NCBI GenBank assembly: GCA_004431415.1
Contig: QPMI01000047.1
Span: 1-64,000, forward strand
Direction: 5' to 3'
DNA from: Cyanophora paradoxa CCMP329
Taxonomy: Eukaryota; Plantae; Glaucophyta
DNA length: 64,000 bases
Shown one piece after another: positions 53,437 to 64,000 of this stretch. The position numbers and the translations under genes were made by a program. The notes beneath the pieces were generated by a model. It did no database searches, was not told the DNA's origin, and worked only from the letters and a program-made list of their open reading frames with translations. Position 1 is the stretch's first letter. Each line of letters begins with the position of its first letter.

Positions 53437-55399
53437 CCGAGTCGACGGAAGAGGAGGAGGCCTATTTATAGCTTAGGGGGGGGGGGGGTCGGGGGCGGAC
53501 GGGGAGGTCGAGCCAGCAGGGGATGCGGCGGAAGGCGAGGGCGGAGAGGAGCGCCCCGGCCGCCCCGGCGTCCTGCCGTCGGGATCGAAGGAACGAGTCG
53601 GGATCGAAGGAACGAGTCGGGATCGAAGGAATCGGAACGCGGAGCGGGGAGGAAATCAGGAGGCACCTCGGGGAGGGCAGAGACCAAGAGGAACGGCTGC
53701 AGAGCCTCAGAGCCTTAGAGACGACGCGGTCGCAAGAGAGTGGAGGGAGAGAGATCGGAACGGACGGCGGGGCCGGAGGGGTCGCAGCGGGCCTCGGGGC
53801 GCGCGAGCAGCGCCCGGGCGGCCGCCTCGCCGCCTTCGGTCTGCCCCTGCACGCCGCTCCGGTTTAAGAAAAGCCAACCAGGGGGGTACATGTACAAAAG
53901 AAAGAAAGGCGCACGGGACCCTCGAGGGCGGCGCGGAGGCCCGCGGCGAACCGCGCGTACCCCTCCTCGAACGCCGCGTCCCTGAAGGGGGGGGGGGGTC
54001 GGTCTGAGCGGAAGGGGTACGTTTATAGATTTTAGATCGGGGAATTCGGAGGCGGGGCACGTTGAGAAGTCGGCGAACGAAGAGCCGAGGAGAAGGCTCT
54101 GCGCATGCGGGGGTACACCAAAGTTCAGCTCTGATATCGCCCGTTCCAGAATTCGAAGGGTTGAGATTCCGGGGGGCGCGCGCACGGCGGCGTGGTAGGG
54201 GAGGTCGCAGGGGGCGCGCCAGACGGGGAAGAGGGGCCGGCCAAGGTCCCGCGCTCGCGACAGCTCCAGCATGCACCTGCCCGCGGCCGCCGGCGCCCGC
54301 GCGGCGCGGCGCTAAGAGAGGACGAGGGCAAGGGCGAAGGCGAACAGTGGATCTAATTAATCAAAACTATAATAAAGCATATAATAACGGTGCTAAGAGA
54401 GGACGAGAGCGAGGACGAAGGCGAACATGAGATCTAATCAAAGCTTTAACCAAGCATAAGTTAACAATGAAAGTCGAAGAAACTTTAGCATCACAGCGAA
54501 TTAATTAAAGCCCACGGCCATTAATATTGACCAGTCGGAGGCGACGGAGTGGGGGGAAGCGACGAAGAGGACGGCGCGCGCCGCCCGGATGCCCGCCCCT
54601 GCGATTTCGTGGAATTCGAATTCGAGGCGGATTAGATGGAGATTGGAACGGAAAATAGAGAGGGCGCTGGCACCGATCTTCTCCCTCCACTCCGTGCCGG
54701 CCTCGATGCCTGTGGGGCAGTGGAGTGCGCGTCGACTTACTTCCGCGTCGTCCTTTTTGCCTTATATATATATATATAAAATTTGCGCAAGGCAAAAAGA
54801 TGACGTGCACCTGTCGGAGCCATCTCGTCGAGCTTCGCAGCGGAGAAGGCGTGAGAAAGTTCCTGCGGGGGCGACAAATTCGAGGCGAGACGCACCCAGC
54901 ACTGCGCGAAAGCAACTTGGACCTCAGAGAACAGATTTAAGACCCCAAAGCGGGCAATTAAAGTAGATCTGGAGGGTTCCGCACCGTGATGCCGTCGGCC
55001 TGGAGGCGGTCGCGGAGGCGGAGGGCGAAGGCCGCCACCTCCGGCGGCCTGTGCCCGTAGCCTGCGGCGGCGGCCAAGTACATAATTGGTCACTAGTACT
55101 CATGATCAGGCTCGCCGAGAGAAGCTAAGGGGCGCTATAGCGTTGACTATAAGCCTAAGGGGGCGGCCGAGCTCGAGCGCACTGATGAAGACGTCTCGGA
55201 TGGCGGCTGTGCGCTTCAGCTCCGCCCCTGTCGGCGAGGAAGCTTGAGCTCAAGGCATGCGCAGCTCAGAGAAGGGGCGCGGGGCGGAGGCGGGCGCGGC
55301 GGCGATAGCTAAGAACGAAATAAGAGGTAAAGATCCAATTGCGAAGAGAGAAACCAATTGCAAAGCTGGGACTCAACAAAGCTAAACCCGTTTCTAAAT

Positions 55400-58300
55400 C
55401 TATTGAATTTGGGCGCTCTTCCTCTTCAGCAGAACGGCGGGGCGGAGTGCGCGGCGGATCCGGCGGCGCACGGAAGGCGGCGTCGCGTGTGGCGTCCAGG
55501 ACGCACCGGCGGGCGCCGCCCGCGGCGCCGGCCGCCGGGCCCGGGCCCCGACGCGCGCGCCCACGTCGGCGCCTGAGCGTTGGCGTCGGAGAAGGCGGAA
55601 CGCAAGGGGAAGGGGGAGGGGAGGGCGCGCCGCGCTGGATGAGGGCGACGCAGAGGTCGAGGGCGGGGGGCCGGCGAGCACGGCGTGGTACAGGGGCGTG
55701 TACCCCTCACCGTCGCGCCCGCTGGGCCGCCGTGCGCGCGTCAGAGAAAAGCGGTGACGTGAGCTGGGATGCGGAGCGGCGCATGCGCACTCGACGGGCT
55801 CGGCGGTGCGGGCGAGGCGGAGGGCGTTGCGGCGGAGGCCGCCGGCGATGGCGGCGGCGATGGCGGCGGCGGGCGAGGCCGCCGCGGCGGACTCTCTGCT
55901 GTCGGGCTCGAGCTCGAGGCGGGCCTCGGCCCGCAGGAGCCGCTCGGCCTGCGCCAGCGCGGCGCCAGGGGCAGCGCCGCCGCCGCCGCCGCCGCCGCCG
56001 GTGACGGCCCGGAGCCTCCTCGCCGCGTCAGCCGCGTCGGCCGCGGCGGCCCGCAACGGGGCCAGGTCGGCCTCCCGAAACCGGCCGGAGCACATGAGCA
56101 GGAGGTCCAGCCAGGCGCTGCGCGTGCGCGCGCAGTTCAACGCGTCAAGAAGTGCGACGGAAATTAAAGCGCGATCTCGAGCTCGATCGCGAGGGCAGTC
56201 AGGGGCGCGCGCGCCTTTCCTCCGAGGGCCACTGCAGTGCGGGCCCGGCGTCGCGCTCGCTGTCCTCGTCTCGAATGGCGACGACCGCAGCCGCGAGGAA
56301 CCTGTGCGGATGTTATAATTAAAATATGCAAGGCAGTTGGCGATCGAAATCGAGGCCGCGAAACACGCACGCCCCGGACCGACCGACGAGGGACCCGCCC
56401 GGCCCCCGCTCGAGCACAGGTGCGGCGCCGGCGGGCGGCGCGCCTTCGCATTCGGCGTCCGACCGCACCTCCTCCTCCAGCGCGGCGCGGCGGGCGCCCG
56501 AGCCGCCCCTGCCGCGGACTTGGGCGGCGGCGGCGGCCAGCTCGCCTGGCCCCGCGAAGCGGCCGGCGCCGCGCCGGAGGAGCGAGCGGAGGCCGGCGAC
56601 GGCGCCCGAGCCGGCGGCGACGACGGCCGCCGCGCGGCCACTGGCGTCCCGCGCCGAGGGGTCGGCCCCGCGGAGGAGGAGGGCCTCCGCCGGGTTCGAC
56701 TCCTCCGAGCAGAACGGCAGGCAGGCGAGGAGCGGCGTCGCGCCCGCCCCGTCCCGCCCCTCGATGTCCGCCCCGCGCTCGAGCAGCAGCGCCGCGCCCT
56801 CCGGCAGCGCCGCGCCCTCACCCCTCCACCGCAGCGACTCGTGCAGCGGCCTCTGCCCTCCGTCCCCCGCCTCGTTCGGGTCGCCCCCGGCGTCCAGGAT
56901 CGCCCGCAGCGCGTCGACGCGGTAGCTGCTGGCGGTGGCGGTGCACGCGAGCGGATATTTCGCGCGGGCGGCGGGATCCAGCCACGAGAGGCGCGGGTCG
57001 AGGCCCTGCTCGAAGGCGAAGCTGCGCGAAATTAAAGTGAGCGGCCGGGCCGCGGCCGGCGCCGGCGCCGGGGTGGCCCGATCGCCCGTGCCAGCGCACC
57101 GGAGGAACGCTGCGTTGCACTTCTGGGCGGCGCGTAGCATCGCCCGCGCGGTGGCCTCGCTCCGCGGGAGCTTCGCGCCGACCTCGCGGAGCAGCCTCGC
57201 GGCGCGCTCGGCCTCGGGCTGCCCCCCGTCGAGCTCGGCGAGGGCGCCGAGGGGGCTCCGCCCCGCCAGGCCCGCGGCCGCGAGGTCGGCGCCGCCGGCG
57301 AGAAGCAGCCGGAGGACCTCAAAGGAGTCGTCCTTGCTCAGCTCTCCGTTCCTGCTCGGACGCATTTGCATCGATATCGAGCATTGAAGGCTATGAAATA
57401 TTTAATCGAGCTCGCCTGTCCCAGGCGGCGAGGGCGGCGAGGACGGGCGTGTTGCCGTCCCCGTCGCGGGCGTCGGGGCCCGCCCCGGCCTCCAGCAGGC
57501 GCCGCAGCGACCGCAGGTCTCGCCTCGCCGCCGCCGCGTGCAGGCACGAGCTGAACTCCGCCGCCCCACCGAACCTCGCACACAAGCCGAAGTCAGTCGG
57601 AGCGCCGCGCGCGCGCCGGGTGGCGCGGCCGGCCGTGCGGCGCACTGGGATGCAGCGTCGAAGATGGCGCGCGGGTTCCCGGCGTTGGCGCCCAAGTCGA
57701 GGAGGGCATCCAGCGCGGCCCCGTCCCGCGCGCCCGTCATCGCGAGCCCCAGCGCGCTGCTCCGCCGCTCGCCGGGGGCGCGCGGCCGCTCGACCTGCGC
57801 CCCGTGCCGGGACAGCAGCCGGACGACGCGGGCGTAGCCGCCCTGCGCGGCGCGCTCGAGGGCCGAGAAGCCGGCCACCGACACGAGCTGCGGCAAGGGG
57901 TCCACCTCGTCCCCCCCGCCCCCGCCCCGCCCCCGCGACGCCGCAGTCGGCGTCCTCTTCGTCTTTCGCCGGCTCGGCCTCCACGGGGTCCGGGTCGGCG
58001 CCGGCGCGCAGCAGAGCCCGAACGACCTCGTAGCGCCCGGCGGCGGCGGCGAGCAGCAGCGGCGTGGCGAGCGCGCCGCCGACGTCCACGCGGGCGTCGA
58101 CGGGGGCCCCCCGCTCCAGGAGGAAGGCGGCGCAGGCGGCCGCCCCCGCGGCCGCCGCCTCCGCGAGGCAGGCACCAAGTCCGCCAGCGTCCAGCGGCGC
58201 CCGATCGAGCAACAGCCTGCGCGAAAACAGTGTTCGGACGCAAAGAAAAAAGCGAGGATGTTGAAATTAATGTCGATGGTATGATATATATATTTTACGC

Positions 58301-61300
58301 ACTCGAGGAGGTCGCGACGGTCGAGGGCGGCCGCGATCTCGTACGGGCTGGGCACGGGCCCGCGCCGCCGCGGCCAGAGCACGGTGCCCCGCTCCATCAG
58401 CTCTCTGCAATTCGAAGATGAATTTCTTAAACAATCAAAGAATAAAGGCCCTACTAGGAAAATCAAAGAAATTAAAGACGCACCGGACGAGGGCGGCGTC
58501 GCCGTTCTGGACGGCGAAGTGCAGCGGGCCGACGCCGACCGTCCCCGGGGCGGACCCGAAGGCGGGGTCGGAGCCCAGCTCCAGGAGGGTGCGCGCCGCG
58601 TCCGCTTTTCCGCAGCGGACGGCCTCCTCGAGGGCCCTCCAGCGCCGCTGCAGAGGGGTTTAATTTAGTGGAGGACGCAGCTGCAGGGTCGGAGGAATGG
58701 AAGCGCCTCGCAGCGCAGGCGCCGCCCGCCGGCGGGCCGCTCCCGCCGCGTTTCGAGCGGCGACGGAAACGCCGCCTCGAGGCTTGCCCCGTGAGACGCC
58801 AGAAGCCTGCGGAGGGGTCACGGGCCCGGCGCGGGCCCGCTCGGACGTTATTCGAAGTCTTCAGAAAGCAATCACGATCAAAGCAGGCGATTCTATACGT
58901 TAAGAGGCAAGAAAATATCAAAAGGAAGAGGCAATTCGAGTGAAGAGGCGGGAGACGCGCGCCTTATTACTTCGCAGTGGCCCGCGGCGGCGGCGATGAA
59001 GAGGGCGCCGGGCCCGGGCCCGGGGCCGGTCCCGGGCTCTAGATCTCGGTCCCTTCCCCTCGGCACCGCGGCGCGCTCGTTCGGGTCCGCCCCGCGCTCG
59101 AGCAGCCACCGCGCCGACTCAACGTCGCCGCGCGCGGCCGCGAGGCAGAGGGGCCCCCCCGCGAACGGAGGCGGCGGGCGCTGCGCGTGCGCGTGCGGGC
59201 GGCCGCGGCCGCGGCCGACTTCGTCGTACGCGTCGGGCGGCAGCGCCGGCACGGCCCACTTCGGGTCCACCTGCACGCCGCGCTCCTCCAAAAGGCTGCG
59301 AGAAGTTTTTAATCCGTGTACCGGTTTTCCTCGAGCTTTAAATTTGCTGCCGGGCGCGAAGCGAAGCTTATATAATTAAGCGAAGCGCACCGGACGACGC
59401 GGAGGCTGGAGGCGACCGTCGCGATGCGGGCGAGGGGCGCGGCCGGCGCCGCGGCCGGCCCGCGGTCGCCCCGCCCCCGCCGCGCGCACCCGCGCCCGCG
59501 GGCCGCTCAGCGTGCACGTCGCAGCCCGCCTCAATCAGTGCTCTGGCCCGAGAAAATTAAACGGACCTCATTCAGGCGCGAGAAAATCTAGAAATCGGCG
59601 CAAGATTCATATTTAGAACGCACTCGAGGGCCTCAAGCCGACCCGAGTCGGCGGCGACGACGGCGGGCGTTCGACCACCCCTGTCCCGAGCTTCCAGAGC
59701 CGCCCCTCGCCCCGCCAGAAACCTAATCATAAGATGAGCCGACTTCAAAATTATTGAAGGCTCCGGATCCACGGAATCGAAAGGGATAAAAGGCCGAACC
59801 GCACGACGTCGGCGCAGCCGCCCACGGCCGCGCAGCAGAGAAGGGGCGGAAATCGGGGCTCTGAGGAGTAGCTGTAGGCGCCCCGGGCCGCCGGCGCCGC
59901 GGGGGGCTCGATCGGGGCGCCGAACTCCAGCACGAGGGCCCTACGTATACGCCGCGCGCCTCAGACATTTAGAGCGCCTCAAAACAAATGGAGGGCGGCG
60001 CGGCGCGGCGCCGGCGCCGGCCGCCCACCGGACGACCTCGCCGCGCCCCGCGCGGGCGGCCGCGCAGAGCGCGTCGTGCGTCCCGACCTGCGCCCCCGCC
60101 TCCGCCAGCGCCCTGCAATCGCGAGGCGCCTCATGATCATGATCAGGTGCAGCTCGCAATATTCATGGATCTGACGGCGGCTTGTGGGCCGGCGCGCGCG
60201 CCTCAGGGCGTCCAAGTTGCCAGCGGCGGCAGCCAGCGGGACGGCGCGCGAGAGGTCGCCCGGTTCCGGCTGCTCCAGCTCCAGCGCCGCCCTGCTTTAA
60301 TTTTGAGCGCGATTAAATATCCTTCGAATTAATATTCGGCGAAAAGACGGCCGGGGCACGCACCTTAGAGCGTCGGCGTTGCCGCTGCCCGCGAAAACCT
60401 CCACGAGCCCCCCGACGGACAGCTGCTTCTCGCCCGCGCGCTGCGAAAGCTCAAAGGCGGTCCTGCGCGCGCAGTCATGATCAGCGGCGGGGCGCAGCTT
60501 GTGCGCGAGTGGGATATAAGCCAAGAATATTAATAAAATTATATGTCACCTCACGATCTCGGGGCGGACGCGGCCGGAGGCGACCGCGAGGGCCCTCTGC
60601 AGGCTGTCCTTCTTCTTCCTGCCCCCGCGCTCCACGAGCACTCTGGGCGGGGGCCACCAGGACTCAGAATGCGAAGCTGAGCGAGATCTGAAGCGACAGA
60701 CAGACTCGACTAGGCTCAGAGCGCACCGGAGGCACTCGGCGCTGCCGCTCGCGACGGCGAAGTGCAGCGGCGTGCAGATGCTCGCGCGCTCCGTCCCCGC
60801 CTTCTGCCGCACGCTCGCGCCAGCGTCGAGGAGGATGCTGGGCCGCGGCCGAGCCCGGGGCGCTCGTCTGAGCGACACGCGTACGAAGAGGCGCGCGCTG
60901 CACGCGTACGCGCGCGCACCGAAGGACGTCACCCCGGCCCGCTTCAGCGGCGAAGTGCGCTGGCTCCCAGTTGACGTGCCGCAGCGCCCGCAGACGCGCC
61001 GCCACGTCGAAGCCGAGCGCGGCGGCCGGCCGCTCGTACGCCTCCAACTCGGCATCCACGCCCGGCATCCAGGGGATGGGCGGCTCCACCGGCGCGCTCG
61101 TCACAAGCCGCACATCCACCCCGCGCGCCAGAAGCGCTCTGCGATCGCGAGCGGATCCGGAGCGGCCATTTGCATGCCGGGCCGATCAGTCCGCGCGCGT
61201 TTCCAGGACGAGCGCGCGCGGCGCATGCTTATGGCGATCCTGATCACCTCACGCCTTCCGCGTCGCCGTCGCGCGCGAGGCGGTGCAGCGCGGCGAAGCC

Positions 61301-61402
61301 CTCCGCGTCGGCGGGCAGGTCGCGCGGGTCGAAATCCTCCCCGGCCCCGATCGCAGCGTCAACATCGACGACTCCCGCGGCACCCGCCGACGCTGGCCGC
61401 AT
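55400..61402 (-). CDS. Large ankyrin-repeat protein (spliced; may be more than one gene; 3' end approximate)
   Basis: Many ANK motifs: TPLHFAVASGSAECL, TPLLLAAAAGRYEVVRALLRAGADPD, LLLERGADIEGRDGAGATPL, GYTPLYHAV. Confidence 0.8.
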
Positions 61403-61869
61403 CGCTTCGAATTCGGTCGACCTCCGGCCGCAGCCGCCGCAGCTGCGTGCGCGGAGCGCCTCTCCCCCGCCTGGGCCTTCAGGCCCTCGCCGATCTGGCC
61501 GCTATACCGACCAGCGCTAGATGATCTCGAACATGATCAGCAGCTCCATGATCGGAGCGCCTCCCGCGCACCTCGCGGCGGGCTGGCGCCGGCGCCGGCT
61601 CAATCGCGAGCTCGAGGGGTATCGAACTGTTTCGACGAGGCGACCACTGCTGACGGCGGCGGCCGCGGGCAATTGCAAGGAGGCGTAGCTGCAGATCATG
61701 ATCATGAGCAACTTTGGCAAGGAGGAGCTCGACGTCGACCTGACGGCTTGGCGCTAGCGCTGGCCAGGCACGCGCGGGCCGCGGGCGCCCTCTGACAGCG
61801 ATCGAGCGATCTGGCTAAAGTTCAAGCTTGTCGTCGAACTGGAGCCCGTTGCGACCGTCAGCCCAGCTG

Positions 61870-64000
61870 CAGGCGCACGCGCCGGCGCCAGCGCCGCCGA
61901 TGTTGACATCTACGCGCGGGACGCTGCGGGCAGGACGCCCCTCATCGCTGCGGCGGCGGCGGGCAACGCGGAGGCCACGCGCCGGCTCCTGTCGCGGGGG
62001 GCGAGCTGCCGCGCTGCCCTGACCGCATGCGACGCGAGCGGACGCTCAGCTCTCCACCACGCGATCCTCGCCGGCCGCGGCCATGAGGACGTCGCCAGGT
62101 GCGACCGGCATCACATGTCCAGCTGCAGCTGAGATGGATCCGCTGACTCGCGCGCACACACGCGCGCGTGCGATTGCAGGCTGCTGCGCGCCAGCGGAGC
62201 GCGCGCAGGCGAGCTGGTGCACTCGCCGACCGACGCGCTGCACCGCGCCGCCGAGCGCGGCGACACCGCGGCCGCCGAGGTGGAGCGCCTGCTCGCGGCG
62301 GGACTGGACCCGTCCTCCGCGGACCCGCGCAAGGCCCGCTGGCGCGGCGAGGACGGCGCCGACGTCGACGCGCCCTCGTTCGGCTCCGCCGTCTGCGCCG
62401 CCGCGCGCGCCGGCGCCGCCGCCCTCGTCATGCGGCTGCTGGAGCGAGAGGAGGCGCGGGCCTGGGAGCAGCTGCCGTCGTCGTCGGAGGGGCGGGCCGG
62501 CGCCGGCGGCGAGGGCGAGGGCGTCAAGGTGCGTATCGCGGGGCACCTGGCGCGCAACGGCGAGCGCTTCTCGGACGCCCTCCTCTTCGCCGCGGCGGAG
62601 GGCGGGAACGCCGCACTGCTGCGCTGGCTCCTGGACCGCTACGCCGGCGACTGGGACGACTCGCGCCCCGTCATGATCAGCCGCGCCTCCGCCGACTCGG
62701 GGGCGGACGAGGCGGTGAACGATCGCATGGCCTCCCGCTTTCCCATGGTCCGCGAGCTTTAAACTGCGCATGCTCTTGTTCGAAGTTTCGTTCTATATTC
62801 TAACGCCGGACAGCTCTCGATGCGGACGACTCCGCTGCACGGGGCCGCCTTTGCGGGGCGCCTCGATATCGTGCGGTGCCCGCTTTTCAGTGTTCTACCG
62901 CCCGCCCCCCCCCCCCCCCCCTCCCCCCCGCCCCCCCCACCCCTCCATCTTGTCACCGAGCGGGTACCCCCAGGTACCTCGTGGAGGAGAGGCACGTGGA
63001 CCCGGACCCCCAGCATGCCGTGCTGGGTACCCCCTCCAGTGCGCTTGTACCCCCCGCCCACCCCCCTCCCCCTCCCCTGCCCACCCCGGCCTCAGGTGCG
63101 CGGCGCGGCACGGGTGGGAGGGCGTGGTGCAGTACCTCTGCGCGAGGGGCGCCGGCGCCAAGGAGCCCTACGGGGCCGACGACCCGTGCGAGGGCCGCCC
63201 CCTCTTCGAGGCGGCGCGGCTCCTCCAGCGAGGCACGGACTCGGCGTGGCCGCCGCTGCTCGACGCCGTCGGAAACGGGCACGTCGGCGCGGCCCGGCTG
63301 CTCGCCGCCCGCGGCGCCAGCCTGCGCGCCAGGGGCCGGCCTCGGGCCTTCGAATTCGAGACGGGCGGGGACCCCCCCGAGGCCCTCCTCACGCCCCTCG
63401 AGGTGCCCTGTACCCCTCTAGACTTTCTCCCTTCCGCGCCTCCGATTTCTCGATGTACACAGGTCGCTGCGGCGCGGGGCCAGAACGGCTCCATAGAGTG
63501 AGTCCCTCCGCTGTCCCCGCGCGCGGTGCCCTGGCCTGGTCTGATATCGATGTACCCCGCCAGGTGGCTGCTGGAGCAGGGGGCCCCCTTGGCCCCCGTC
63601 GGGGCGTCGGCGCTGTACCTAGCGGCGCGGGGCGGCCACGAGGCGACCTGCCGCCTCCTCGTCGCCCGCGGCGCCCCCGTCAACGGCAGGTGCGGCCAGA
63701 ACAGCCGCACCCCGCTCCACGGCATTGCCGCGGGGTACAGCAGGCCCTGCGTCCTGTGCGCGCGATCCCGTACCTTTACCTCCTTCGAAACCACGGCTGA
63801 TCTGATATATATCGATCCATCTCCCCAGCGCTCTGCTGGAGCTCGGCGCGAATCCGGAGGCGCGGGACAGGGCGGGCGCCACGGCGCTGCACGCGGCGCT
63901 GGCGGAGGGCTGGCGCCGGCGGGCCGGGCCGTCGCGCGGCTTCGACTGGAACAGGGGGGAGCCGGACCCGGACGCGCTCGAGGCCGAGTCGGAGAGGCTG
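61870..64000 (+). CDS. Ankyrin-repeat protein (spliced, runs off the right edge; start uncertain)
   Basis: RDAAGRTPLIAAAAAGN, RTTPLHGAAFAGRLDIV, PPLLDAVGNGHVGAARLLAARGA, LLELGANPEARDRAGATALHAA. Confidence 0.8.

Noticed and set aside
29818-63800. Long Arg/Pro/Ala-rich ORFs (e.g. 29818..31398, 31759..32790, 56237..57040)
   Set aside because: Shadow or antisense frames expected in very GC-rich DNA; they overlap better-supported spliced genes.

Overview
The window has two parts. Positions 1 to about 18,100 are the right-hand portion of an integrated, compact, almost intron-free DNA virus-like element, which runs off the left edge. It encodes a three-motif HUH endonuclease, small membrane proteins, a penton-like protein, a ~1,700-aa coiled-coil/fibre protein ending in a phage gp53-like WTAIG domain, a peptidase-S74 chaperone fibre, an FN3 + glycine-rich fibre, two adjacent paralogous beta-rich proteins (candidate capsid pair), an HNH protein and an acidic regulator with a probable 5'-UTR intron. 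Twelve of its genes share a TTTC-N~11-AAATG start motif. Its non-coding end holds three telomere-like (GGGACTT)n arrays (two in inverted orientation), 149-bp-period repeats, a perfect 29-bp palindrome and a tRNA-like Pol III cassette. Most viral ORFs are broken by single-base frameshifts, which may be sequencing errors. Positions ~18,300-64,000 are GC-rich, intron-dense nuclear DNA of a unicellular eukaryote whose identity cannot be established here. They contain MITEs, a tRNA-derived SINE with a 17-bp TSD, tRNA-Ala(CGC) within a 651-bp tandem duplication, and genes for a gustatory-receptor-like/DUF3537-type protein, RTA1-like protein, AKAP17A-like protein, PAS hybrid histidine kinase, bestrophin, a response regulator and two ankyrin-repeat proteins. 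All calls come from reading motifs by eye. No database search was run, and spliced-gene boundaries are approximate.
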